From Chlorokybus atmophyticus (lineage: Eukaryota; Plantae; Mesostigma and Chlorokybus algae): a DNA stretch of 64,000 nucleotides. The position numbers were made by a program, and so were the translations under genes. Shown here piece after piece: positions 14,460-35,762 of the stretch (position 1 is its first letter; the number at the start of each line of letters is the position of its first letter). The notes beneath the pieces were generated by a model. That model made no database searches. It was not told the DNA's origin and worked only from the letters and a program-made list of their open reading frames with translations. The stretch covers positions 124,001 through 188,000 of the forward strand of contig RHPI01002119.1 of the NCBI GenBank assembly GCA_009103225.1, written 5' to 3'.

Positions 14460-14500
<41 letters not shown>

Positions 14501-15191
14501 NNNNNNNNNNNNNNNNNNNNNNNNNNNNNNNNNNNNNNNNNNNNNNNNNNNNNNNNNNNNNNNNNNNNNNNNNNNNNNNNNNNNNNNNNNNNNNNNNNNN
14601 NNNNNNNNNNNNNNNNNNNNNNNNNNNNNNNNNNNNNNNNNNNNNNNNNNNNNNNNNNNNNNNNNNNNNNNNNNNNNNNNNNNNNNNNNNNNNNNNNNNN
14701 NNNNNNNNNNNNNNNNNNNNNNNNNNNNNNNNNNNNNNNNNNNNNNNNNNNNNNNNNNNNNNNNNNNNNNNNNNNNNNNNNNNNNNNNNNNNNNNNNNNN
14801 NNNNNNNNNNNNNNNNNNNNNNNNNNNNNNNNNNNNNNNNNNNNNNNNNNNNNNNNNNNNNNNNNNNNNNNNNNNNNNNNNNNNNNNNNNNNNNNNNNNN
14901 NNNNNNNNNNNNNNNNNNNNNNNNNNNNNNNNNNNNNNNNNNNNNNNNNNNNNNNNNNNNNNNNNNNNNNNNNNNNNNNNNNNNNNNNNNNNNNNNNNNN
15001 NNNNNNNNNNNNNNNNNNNNNNNNNNNNNNNNNNNNNNNNNNNNNNNNNNNNNNNNNNNNNNNNNNNNNNNNNNNNNNNNNNNNNNNNNNNNNNNNNNNN
15101 NNNNNNNNNNNNNNNNNNNNNNNNNNNNNNNNNNNNNNNNNNNNNNNNNNNNNNNNNNNNNNNNNNNNNNNNNNNNNNNNNNNNNNNNNNN

Positions 15192-15246
<55 letters not shown>

Positions 15247-16787
15247 CACCACAGCTACAATTTACCCCCAATCAATTTCAGCATCAGCGTCCGCACTGCC
15301 GTCCTCTTCGTTGTCATTGCTGAAGTCGTCAAACACGTCCTCATCGTCCAGTTCGTCTTCGTCCAGGCCCGTGTACTCATAGCTGAAGTCAAGTAGACGC
15401 CTACCTGCCCCACCCTTATTCGTTATGAACTCTGGCATCCATGGCAGTTCAGCTCCAAGGCAGATGTTTGGGTCAGAGCTTATGCTTTGCTTGCTTGAAG
15501 ACTTGGAGGAAGAAGTGGCCTTTTCCTCTGCAGGCTGCTGCTGTATGCTCTCTGTGCGCGTCGGCACAAACACATCCAAAATGGTTGTGAGAGGCTGCAT
15601 GTGTGCGCCGATTGAGAGCAGAGCGCTCGGTTGCAACACGCCTTCGCCCTCCTCGGCAACATCATCTTCCTCGTCGTTGGCCTCTTCAACTGAAGCAGCT
15701 TCATCCTCAGCTTCATCCACAACACTATCGTCCTCCCATTCTTCACTCATTGCAAGTGCTGCCTCCTCGTCCTCGTCTGCAATCTGCAATCCAGACTGTA
15801 AGCAGCAGCTGAGTGAAGCATGCATTGCAAAGCAGGAACAAGCACAGTGTAGATTTGGCTCGTCTGCACGAATTACGTACAATTTGCATGGCACTTTGCT
15901 GCTCATCTTCAGCTGCTTCTTCCTGTTGCTGCTCTTTACGCTCTGGTTCAAAAACAGCAGTGTCTACCACAGCTACCTCAGCAGCAGCAGACGCTTGCTC
16001 CCCAGCCTTTGCGCTCTCCTCCTTGACCTCCTGCTTGCCCTTCCCCGCCTTCTCCTCGTGCTGTTGCACCTGCTGGTCCTGCTGCAGCTTGGTCAGCAGC
16101 TGCTGGAGCTGCTGGACCTGGTCCTCCTCCAGCTGGCGGCGGGCTTGCTGATGAGCGGAAGCAGTGGTAGCGGTGGACTCAATCACGGGCAGCAGCATCA
16201 AGGCGGCATTGCGCTGCGTCTGCGAGATCAACACCCTCGCTCTCTTGGTGAACATGTCCCTGCACATCAAAATCGCTCAGCTCAGTGAACACACACGCGC
16301 GGACCAGTAAGTGTGTGTTTGCCCGTGCGCGTGCGTGCGTGCGCACACACGCATACACACAAGCACGAGGACAACAAACAATGTGTGAGGATGGTTGCTA
16401 GCGAAACAGTAGCTGAGCGCTGATCAAGTGCCTACAGGTTGTCGCTTAAGCACCGCTGCTTGAGTAAGCCGCGAGCTGTAAGCAGCAAACCTTACTGTAC
16501 CACAACTGAAGATGATGATGACGACGACGACGACGATCCTCACCAGCACGGAACGTTTCAAGCAGCAAGCTTGAAGATTGCAAGCACTCCGTAAGCTTAG
16601 CTCAAATTGCAAGCATGCTGTTCACTAAGCCAGCGTTAAGTTGCAGCACAGTGAACACCACTGCTTATGAAACCACAATTCACCAAGGTCAGGCGTACTT
16701 GTCTCTGAGTGTATGACCGGCGAGGAACGCCACAGCCACGATGAACAGCAGCAGCGCCAGCCGGCGGGGCAGCCTGGCCTGGGCCAT
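12810..16787 (-). CDS. Glycosyltransferase family 29 (sialyltransferase-like) type II membrane protein, multi-exon, spanning a gap
   Basis: N-terminal anchor MAQARLPRRLALLLFIVAVAFLAG (ATG 16787) and a long Q/E/D-rich stem. Sialylmotif L-like TCALVANGPLVK/ISENGKAIDKHDAVWRFNLVSMKAYKPWVGSKTDFR, motif S-like LSGGIHALFMALQTCQQ/VNLFGYSY, motif VS-like HAWDFD. The phase-2 splice EIDWG/AGGRKLL joins exons across the 14501-15191 gap. The second exon is not resolved. Confidence 0.85.
14447..15243. repeat. (GA)n microsatellite flanking an assembly gap inside a GT29 intron
   Basis: GAGAGA runs at about 14447-14500 and 15192-15243 on both sides of the N-run. Confidence 0.9.
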
Positions 16788-17094
16788 GCTGGGCGTGTGT
16801 ACACGCGTGCCCTACCACTCAGTTGACCTAGCCATTGCACAGACCATCAGGCCAGAAACGGGATCCCATCCTGCCACCAGGCCAGGCCAGGCTAGGCCAC
16901 ACCAGGCCAGCGCCAGTGAGTTGGTTACACAGTGCCTTCACTGTGACCGAAATATCATTAGATGGTGACGCTGTGTCGATATCGAACTTAGCTCACGTGC
17001 TACAGGCGCCTCTTGCCGCGTCAGACTGGTTGGATATTGGTTATGAAGTTGATATAGCACCTTTCGCTGCGTATGTTGGCTTTGCGGCAAAGCC

Positions 17095-20000
17095 ATGCGG
17101 CGGGCGGCGGCGGTGTCGGTGGCGTCGTCCGCCGCCGAGAGGTTGAGTAGCTTGCGGGGAGGGTTGAGCTGCCGAGGGCATCAAACGGACGTAAAATCCC
17201 ATCGAAAGGCTGTGCTTACAAGCCGGTCAGTGCACAAGTTTGTCGGACGAAACTATGAGAGGCACCTTCAATGCAATGCTAGAGCACTTTACCAGTCATG
17301 GCTGAGATCAAAACACGCAGCTGGTTGCTTGCTGTACTTCACGAAAGGTCAATCAAAACAAGCATGCACATAACACTGGTGGTTGTGTTTTTGAGCACCT
17401 TGCATGCATGCTGCTGTCCTCTCACCATGCAAGAGTCACAGTATTGTACTCAAAACGGACTGGCGAGGTGTGGTGTGCGCGCGAAGCATGCAGTTAACAT
17501 TCACTCAATCTGGTTGCGTTGTATTGTCCAGTCACCTGGAGTCCAGGTGCGCAATCGCCATCACCATGTTCGTATGCAGGCGTCTGCTTGAAGCCTGTTG
17601 AAATGGTAGTTGCTTGCAATTCGCCATATAAAACTGTGGATGCTTGACACACCTCAATGCGTAGGAGCTATCACACAACTACTACTCACTGCCACAGCCT
17701 GATCAACCTTGTTGTCTCATGCAGAGAATGGGATGCTGTGGTGATCGGTGGCGGCCACAACGGGCTCGTGGCCGCCGCGTACTTGGCACGTGCCGGGCGC
17801 TCGGTGGCCGTGCTGGAGAGGCGCCATGTGCTGGGCGGAGCAGCCGTAACCGAAGAGTTGCTTCCGGGGTTCAAGTACTCACGCTGCTCGTATTTGCAGA
17901 GCCTCCTTCGCCCGTCCATCATCAGGTTTGGCCCTGCATGTGTACGTGCGCGTGCGCGTGGGTGCGCCTGCGTCAATCCATGCGTGCATGTGTGTGTGAG
18001 TGCGGGCGTGCGGGCGTTTACTCAAAATGCACAGATTGGTCTTAGTAAATATAGAAGTGAAGCCAAAGCGGGTGAGTTGCACACAACCATCACTACCAAC
18101 AGTCCTCCTTGCAGGGATCTCAATCTCAAAGAGCACGGTCTGCGTCTGCTCCCGCGCAACCCATCCTCTTTCACCCCGTTGCTTGACGGCCGATCGCTGC
18201 TGATGGGGCCCGATCCACAGCTCAACTACGACGAAATCGCCAAATTCTCCGCAGCTGATGCTCAGAACTTCCCTAAGTATGAGTGGTTATTGCCTTTGAA
18301 ATTCATCAGAGTCAAAGGCTCAATGCATGCTTGATGTTGTTCGCATGTCAAAGCGGGCACGCATATGCATGATAGTCTTGAGAACAACAACTTATCGCAG
18401 GTATGAAGCACAGCTGGAGCGCATAGTGGCTTGCTTGGAGCCGCTGCTTGATCAGTTGCCGCCAGACCCATCGCCTCGCGCTAAGGCCAGCACGCTTCGA
18501 ATGCGGTTGCAAGAGGCTGTTGATCGTGCTATGACGGTGTCCGGGCTTGTGAGGCGTGCTGCCGCTCTCCATGACGGTGATTTGACGTATGTGTACTCGT
18601 CGCTTGCATGTCTCACATATGTTGTGTTAAATGTGTAACTCTGTTGACAGTGCTATGGTGCAGCTGCTACTCTCACCAGCAGCGCGCGTGCTCGACAAGT
18701 GGTTTGAGGTGAACTTGGTGGTTCTCTCATGTAATCATCCTCGTTCAACCCACATCGGTTCTCGCAGTCGGATGTCTTGAAGGCAACATTGGCAACAGAC
18801 GCAGTCATTGGTGCCATGGTGCGTGCGATGTTGATGGTGCACACGCACACAACTTGCATATTACACACGAATATATGCTCGCATACACGCAAGTAAGCAT
18901 GCAACTGATGGTGCACATGCATGCACATGTGCACGTGCGCACATACGGACAGCCTCCGCATAACAACACACCTTTCCTTTGCGCGACTACAGCTGCACTA
19001 CAACACACACAGTCAGTCTCTCTTGCAGGTCAGTCCCAACACGCCAGGAAGCGGTTACGTGCTGCTACACCACGTGATGGGGGAGACCAACGGCCATCGA
19101 GGAGTCTGGTCGTATGTCAGTCTTCCCTTTCATGCACCGCTTAATCTCAAGAATTATGACTGAAATAAAGCCTGCTTATTTGCAATGCTGTGACACATAT
19201 CATGTCATGTCCCTGCCAGATATGTTGAAGGCGGCATGGGTGCTGTATCAGACAGCATTGCAACATCAGCCTCAGCAGCAGGCGCTACTTTGGTCACCAA
19301 TGCTGAGGTAATCAATAAAAAGAAGTCAGTTTTATTGTAAGCAAAGCAGCAAGCATCAAACAGTCAGTTCATGCAACCATGCGTGAGAGTGGTTGTGGCA
19401 TGTAACAGGTTGCTCAAGTCCTTGTCAACAATGAGGAGTCTCCAGCAGCTGTTGGTGTGAGTTATCACTGCCACGCAATCACCTGTGATGAGTGGACTCC
19501 TTTGGCGCCACGGTCTTTGTTACAACATTACAGGTGGTGTTGATGGATGGAACACAAGTGCGCGCAAAGCAGGTGCTGAGCAATGCAACTCCCTTTGTCA
19601 CTTTCCAGGTGAAGACAACTTATACAAACACCTTTTGGCTTGCAATGAGAGATTATCTGTACAATTGACGCATGGCTCTGCTTGTCTCTGTACAGAAGCT
19701 GGTGCCTGAACACGTGTTGCCACATGAGTTCCTGCGCGAGATACGTGCCATTGATTACAGCTCAGTAAGTTAGTTGTTGTCTCAACATCTACCATCCATT
19801 TGTTGCTGATTGTTCCATGCTAATGCCATGCATTTTGTCTTTCAGGCCACCACAAAGATAAATGTGGCTGTGGACAGGCTGCCAAACTTCACAGCCACCC
19901 CGACTGTCGGAAATCTCCCCGGGCTGCAGCATCGTGGCACCGTTCACTTATCGGCTGAAAGGCATGTTGTGGTACAGCGTTGACACGTACTGCGTGTTGT

Positions 20001-20921
20001 GATCCACAAATGTTGTAACGTGCGCAGCATCTCCGACATTGTCACTGCACACGAGCAAGCTGCAGCAGGCCATGTGTCAATCAGGCCACTGATTGAGCTC
20101 ACCATTCCATCCTCACTGGACACAACTATAGCTCCACCAGGCATGTATCACCCTGTAAACGTGGAAGGTTGGTCAGTTTGGTCAATAACTAATTGAAAAT
20201 ACACTGCAGGCCAGCACGTAATCAACATGTTTGTGCAATACACGCCTTACAACCTGGCGAGCGGTTCATGGCAGGACCCTGCAAAGAAGGTATTTTCTTC
20301 AGTCTAGTATCACATGTGCTTGTCATGCTCATCATCAACAAACCAGAAAACTGCATTTAAACACACCTGCTGATTTGATCTGTGCTGTGATAAGGGTGAG
20401 TTGGCGGACAGGTGCTTTGATATAGTTGACGAGTATGCGCCCGGCTTCAGCTCCTCAGTTCTACACCGTGACGTGTTGACGCCTTTGGACCTGGAGCTAG
20501 AATTCAGTCTGACAGGCATGCGTGGGCATGTGTAACACACATCATTTCGTTATTTGCCGCGTGACCAACTGAACTGTTGCTATCGCACTGATGCTTAGTA
20601 TATAGTTACACATGTGTCAGCTGCTGCATGTGCAACACAGGTGGCAACATCTTTCATGGGGCAATGGGCCTGGATGCTGTCCTTTTCATGCGACCAGTTG
20701 CGGGATGGTAAGGTCAATACTTGTCAATCTGATGAACCAGTTCGGTGTGTTCACTTACAACTTCTATTCTGATGACATTCACAACCAGGTCAAATTATCG
20801 GACCCCTGTGCGAGGGCTTTACTTGTGCGGAGCTGGAGCGCATCCGGGGGGTGGCGTGATGGGTGCACCTGGCCGCAATGCGGCTATGGTGGCCTTGAAA
20901 GATACACTCTCTCTACGCTGA
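17095..20921 (+). CDS. PYROXD2: Pyridine nucleotide-disulfide oxidoreductase domain protein 2-like (phytoene desaturase-related FAD oxidoreductase), multi-exon
   Basis: [115 protein letters not shown]. Stop TGA at 20919-20921. The start at 17095 (putative organellar presequence) is less certain. Confidence 0.92.
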
Positions 20922-21490
20922 AGCTGTGAAATCGTTGCATTTCGCGGCATTTGGGAGCTTCATTGCCGCCCGACACCGGCACGCAAGCTTATGCTGGGTC
21001 ACAGATACAAACAGAATTAGTGATCAGCTTGACGCCAAGCGCTTCAAGGCTATAGCTCTCTCTTTTGCATGCTTGTACCAGTGTACTTTGAATGAGGATT
21101 GGTGCTGTGTGTGCTCTTCTAACGCATATTTGCAACGTGCAGTTGCACGAGAGGACAATAAAGTGTGTGGCGGAAAGGGGCATGCGTGCATATGCAATTA
21201 CAATGGCAATGCATGTGTGCGTGGACAATGCATGCGCACCACACAATGATTGGCCTGATGGCGATAGCAAGGAGTGGTAGTATGCAGTGAGGCAGCGAGT
21301 AGTGCGTGCCCTGGCAGGTCCACCAGCCATCCGCCGAGAGAAAGCGTGGCCGCCAGTCCATGAACACCACTTATAACTTGTAACCTTTGAGTTTAGTTTC
21401 AGTAAGCAGTCAGAAGGTGCAAGAGCTTGGGTTCCTTTCGGCGGCGACAGCTGGGTGGTGGTTTGGCCGGCGGGCATTGCGAGGGGGGAA

Positions 21491-21679
<189 letters not shown>

Positions 21680-22657
21680 GTGGTTGCCGAGTCGTTGCAA
21701 GCATGATGGTGGTGCGGTGTGCGGGGTTTGTATAACCCCTAGATCACCGACAACATCATACATAAGTTTGCGCCGTAGCTCCACTGTCGTCAACGTCACC
21801 CGCTCTTCTACCACCAACCAGCAGGTGTGTAGGGTGCTTGATGCTGCTGCTGCTTGCTCTTTTGCTTCCCCTGGTGCTGCAAGTGCTCATTCAGCTTGCT
21901 GGCTTGCTGTCATGGCTGCTTGCAGTCGTTGTGCTGTGAGCGCTACTTAGTCAGCTGCTTGCTGCTAGTCTTGTGCTCGTTTGGGTTGCTGTCGTCATTG
22001 TGCTGGGAGCATTATGCAACGGCCTCGGTGTCGTGACCAATGACTCATTGGCCATGACTCATCGACATGTCATCAGCCTTGTCTCTGCCGTGAGAGTATT
22101 TATCTTTACCCAATGTGATTAGTGGATTGCGCAATGGCGCCTATGCCCAATCACAGTCATCAACGTCTTCTGCCGGTTATTCACTAGAACAGCAACTGTT
22201 CTGCGCATGACTGAACAGCATGGCTGATGCCAAGCGAGAAGGGCAAACAAGACTGACAAGCACACTCTCTTCCTCACCCGCGCGCCTGCACGCATACACC
22301 CGCACGCGCCTGCATGCACATATCATAACCACTATCATCATTACCATCAACACACGTCCATATACTAGCTGCCCATGCCTATTACAATGCCGCCTATACA
22401 CCAAACTACCACACAATCACCACATATACGCGCACACTTCAGCTGCCACACGAGCACTGTGTGGTTGAGCCTTATGCCTGATGCTTTCTGCACTGACATG
22501 GTCAGAATCTCATCCGGTGCTGGTGCGAACAAGCTTTGATTTGGAGTACATCAGGCAACGGAGTTCATGGGTAACTCCAACGTAGCCTTATGCAGCGAAA
22601 ATTAACTTCCGAAGTGACTCCATCTGATGCGCATGGATCACAATCCACATGCAGGCT

Positions 22658-22872
22658 CTCGGCATCTAGTAATGGAGGTGGCCAGCTTTTCAGCAGCTTG
22701 CACACTACCATTCCATCTCAGCCACGTCTGTGGTGGCTATCAGCATGACGCAAGTATCTCATGATTACAAGGGTCATGTGCAACATGTGACACTGCACAT
22801 GACACAATATAGGAGTAAAGTGGACACCTGCACTACTTGCGGCCATGTCAATCATGTGACTGATTCAAGTAA
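22658..22872 (+). repeat. 215-bp segment identical to 28687-28901
   Basis: Same sequence at offset 6029. The ORF track shows the identical peptide MVAISMTQVSHDYKGH...DSS at 22730 and 28759. Confidence 0.9.
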
Positions 22873-23079
22873 GCAACCAACCAGCCAACTATGCAATCTC
22901 AACAATACACAAAATTGCTACTGTTTAACTGCTTGCAGAGACTCTCAGCGCCAGGGTATATCACCTAGACTAATCGATGGAACAGCGGCACTAACAAAAA
23001 AGCCTCCACACTAGCACTACTTATGCATATAGATATACAACCATAACTATACAGGATGTACGATGACCATAGCTCGCTA

Positions 23080-31631
<8,552 letters not shown>

Positions 31632-31724
31632 GCCATCGCCTCCACCACTGCCACCAGCACCGCCGCCACCGCCACTACACTGCTACCAGTTCCGCCCAGC
31701 CACCTGCTTTGAACTAAGCACAAC

Positions 31725-31733
31725 AAACCCTAA
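31725..31733 (+). promoter_or_regulatory. Telo-box near the KAC start
   Basis: AAACCCTAA 94 bp upstream of the putative KAC ATG (31631, minus strand). Confidence 0.4.
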
Positions 31734-32111
31734 TGCAACTGCCGGCCGTAACACCTTAACGTATTAACAGACCGATCGCACCGCAGGCCGAAACAGGTGC
31801 CTTAAAGGCGGTCAGGGAAAAAACTCCGGTCTATTGCGTGCGTCGCAGGAGCATTAACGCACTCGGCTCCACACAGCCGCAATCACTGTTGCCTAAATGG
31901 TACGTGCGATTGGAAAAAATCCTAGCCGCCCAAATTTAAATTGAACCGGAAACTGGCAAAACGGCTTGCCAACGGAAGTTGTCACACTTGTGTGCTGCAC
32001 TGGGGACTAACCCCAGTCGATCTAGATTTGAATTGAATCGGAGTGACAGAGACTAACGACCGAGACTAAAACTTCCCTTCCGACACCCGCCGTTGGCTTC
32101 CGTCTCCCACG

Positions 32112-32339
32112 TCAGCACATCAGCGCCAGCTCAGCGCCAATCGACGAGCGGCGTTCAGCTCGCGCAGTCCTGGACTCGTTCTTATTCTGCTCGGGTCGGA
32201 GCGTGGTCCTAGTGACGACCCGGCACATAAGGGCAGTTGGGTACGCGCGAGTCACCACCTCTAGCATGACTGTCAGCGCAGCTGTCCCTATAATGGCCGA
32301 GCTGAACAAGTCCCGCCTTTGTTTAGGTGACAGTTTCAT
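32112..32339 (-). CDS. Small 75-aa ORF with one hydrophobic segment; weak resemblance to COA2-like mitochondrial assembly factors
   Basis: MKLSPKQRRDLFSSAIIGTAALTVMLEVVTRAYPTALMCRV...: basic N-terminus, hydrophobic helix, then P..C. An AG precedes the ATG closely, suggesting a 5'UTR intron. No firm homology. Confidence 0.3.
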   Translation of the reverse strand: MKLSPKQRRDLFSSAIIGTAALTVMLEVVTRAYPTALMCRVVTRTTLRPEQNKNESRTARAERRSSIGAELALMC

Positions 32340-32614
32340 GAGGCGACGTCATATGCTTGAAGGATTGGCTTTGCTGCAGGAACAATCCTTGCATTGCACT
32401 GTGTGTGCGTCTGCCGTGTTGCTCAGGCTGTATTTGGGACCTGCCTGGAGAAATTGCTGGTGTTGTGGCCAGCACGGACGGCGCTGGCGACGGCGGCGAC
32501 GGCGCTGCGGTGGCTGTAGTGGTGAGCACCATTAACGAGGGCAGCTGGTGTGCAATTTTGCGCCACTGTCAGGTGAGAGAGAGAGGCGCAGGAAGGCAAA
32601 GGACGTTCAGCGCA

Positions 32615-35600
32615 ATGCCAAGCGTGGCGCTGACGGCGGCGACACTGCTGCCGCTGACGTCGCCGTCGCCAAAGCCGTCGTCGGCCAGGAGGAGAGAGTC
32701 GTGCATATCAGGGTGGCGAGGGGCAAGCAGGAGCAGCTGCAATGCTGAGGCTGATGGCGCGGCGCCCAGTACGAGCGGGGGCGGCGGCAGTGCTGCGGGG
32801 GTGAGTGTCCGACGCTCCAGCAAGGACGTCAGCTTCCACCAGCGGGGCATTGTCGCTGGCGCCGGTGGGAGTGCCACCTCGGCGGCGACGCTCATGTCTG
32901 AGGCGTCGCCTCCCACGCCTTCCAGCTCGGGTGATCAGGCGGCAGCTCAAGCAGCGGGAGAGGCACTAGAGAATCAGGTGTGATGTCGGGATGAGCACTC
33001 TGCCACCTTTTCATTGAGTAGGCACCGGATTTCCTTACCAGCATACACTAAGCATGCTGTCAGTACGCGTGCATGGGTTGCCGATTCCTTGGCAATTCGT
33101 CAGCTTGAGCTTAGAGATCAACGATGGGCTGCTAGTTTGTGGAGCATATTGGGGTCGCAGCCGTGGGGACGCAGTCTGGCAACCAGTACGGTTTTACTTT
33201 ATTTATCGAACAGAGTTGAGCGGCTGTACGCCCGAGTGGTACATCCTTGTCTTCTGTTACTGTGACATAATATACATAGTTGACAGCTACCATTGCAAGT
33301 CATTCTGTGTATACCAGATTTAATGAGGAGTCAGTGCACATGCTTATGGCACTTGACCAGTACTTATACTGGTTGTTGCTGCGTGCAATGCAAAGGCACA
33401 AGGCAAGCTGCCCAGTGCTCACTTCTTATGGCGGTCGGTGTGGAGGCTGTTCTGCAAATGGGCACATTGCGTGTGGACGGAAATCATTGTTGCATTAGGG
33501 TTGGTGCCAAGATACCAGCTGCACGCCGGCTGCCCTGGCATGCTTCTGGGTTGTGTTGATGTTTGCACATTGAAGTTGACTTGGCATTCTTGACAAAGCA
33601 TGCTGTGACATAGAAGCACTGCTTTTCCAGCCGGTGACAACTGCACACTCAACATTTTCACTGTTGCATGGGACCTTGGTTACACGAGCAACATCCCAAG
33701 CATGCTCGGTCATGCAGGTTGTGGTTGAGGGGTTTCGACCTGATGGCGTTGCAAAATGGGCGGATGTCAAGGGTGGGGCAGCCCCAGCAGAGGAGCAGGG
33801 CGAGAATGTGCGGACAGCCTGGGAGGCACTGTTGAGATGGTCTCATACATGGCAAAACAGGTCACCACCCGACCACGCTTTGAACACCACTCACAAGGTA
33901 CGGGAGATATGCAGCATGGGGAGGGAGCGCGCATTTAGCATGCTTATATTGCCTCATCATCATTGTTGAGAGTGGGCTGGTATGGGCACTTTGAATGTAG
34001 CTGGTTTGTGGAGCAGGTAGCAGATGTGCCAAAGCATGCGTATCGCGCAGGTAGTTGTGTTTGGGGGAGGGTCATTTGGCACAGCGATGGCAGTGATGTT
34101 GGCGCGCAACAAGGACACAATGGATGTTGTTATACTGTTAAGGGACGAGAAGCTTTGCGAGGACATCAATAAGTTGCACCGCAACACGTATGTGACAGAC
34201 TGTCGTGTGTGCATCACATAACCAGACACATTTATAACGATCAATGATGAACATCTTCTCTCAGACGATACTTGCGTGATCATGAACTGCCATCCAATGT
34301 CCGCGCAACCACTGATCCTGTCGAAGCTTTGAAAGACGCGCAGTTTGCAATACACGCAGTCCCTGCCCAGGTATGCGGTCTTATTAACAATTTTCAGGAC
34401 TTGTGATGGTGACATTGTTGTTCAATGAGGTTGTAGTATTACCACTCCACTCACCTGCCCTGCATTTGGCATGGAGGCAGCAGTGTGGAGCTACTCGACA
34501 ACTTGTTGGCATTGCACCCTGCATTTTGCCAACTATGTGTTGCTTGCATACAGGCTACCAAGTCGTTCTTGACAAGCATCGCGCACCACGTGCCTCCAAC
34601 GCTACCCATTCTATCCGTGAGCAAAGGGTTGGAGGCGTCAACAGGAATGATGATGTCTCAGATCATCCCAGCTGCATTGAAACGACCCCGCCAGCCGCTT
34701 GCAGTGTTATCTGGTCCCACCTTCTCGTCTGAGATGATGGCACAAATGCCAACAGGTACGCTCTCAAGACAACGTCCACCTGCACAAACAAGCTGACCGT
34801 TTAACAACTTGCTATTCGGGCACAGCTATTGTGGCAGCATCAAAAGATGCGGAGCTTTCTCGCCGCGTGCAGCAGCTGTTCGCATCACAGTATTTGCGCG
34901 TTAACACATCAAGGTATGCACATACATACAGTCACTGTACATGCAAACAGGGCTGCTGGCCTCTGTCACACAGACTCACACCTGGTCATGTGCGCAGTGA
35001 TGTGGTGGGCGTTGAGATGGCCGGCGCATTGAAGAATGTGCTGGCTATCGCATCGGGCATTGTTGCCGGCATGGACCTCGGCAACAATGCACAAGCCGCG
35101 CTGGTTGCACAAGGCTGCTCTGAGATCAGATGGCTTGCCGAGAAGGTGCGTGTTGATGTCACATACAATGTGTACATAGGTTGATGTGGAATGTCTTGGC
35201 ATGTTCAGCATTTATCACAACAGTTGGCTCTTGTTGCTTCGCAGATGGGAGCAAAACCTGCCACTCTGGCGGGTGTTTCTGGTGTTGGCGACATCATGCT
35301 TACGTGCTTCGTGAACCTCTCACGCAACCGCTCAGTGGGTATGCGCTTGGGTGCAGGAGAAGCACTGGAAGACATCCTGAAGACAAGCACACAAGTGAGT
35401 GTCCATGCAGGATGACGTGCATGCAACAGCACTTGTGACGTTGGGTTTACGCCTCATTGACCGGCGATCTTTGCAGGTGGCTGAGGGCGTTGCGACAGCA
35501 GGCGCTGTCATCGCCTTGGCTCGCAAGTACCGCGTGTCGCTTCCTGTGCTCACAGCGGTGGCTCGCATTGTAGATGGACAGCTCACACCGCGCCAGGCCA

Positions 35601-35762
35601 TGCATGAGCTGATGAACCTGCCCCAGGTGAGTAGTAGAACGGTGCTCTTCCTTGGCTTTGTGCAGCTGCATATGCCAGCTGGTGACTAGCATTCCAAGTG
35701 AGTTGCATGGACATGCACGGCATCAGCATGTTGTGATTTGGCTGCAGGTGGAAGAGAGGTGA
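32615..35762 (+). CDS. GLY1: NAD-dependent glycerol-3-phosphate dehydrogenase, plastid type (GLY1/SFD1-like), multi-exon
   Basis: Ser/Ala-rich transit peptide from ATG 32615. [84 protein letters not shown]. Ends LPQ/VEER* at 35762. Confidence 0.93.

Noticed and set aside
14351-15382. Long ORFs spanning N-runs (also 10305-10969 and 30052-31053)
   Set aside because: Open only because of unknown bases.
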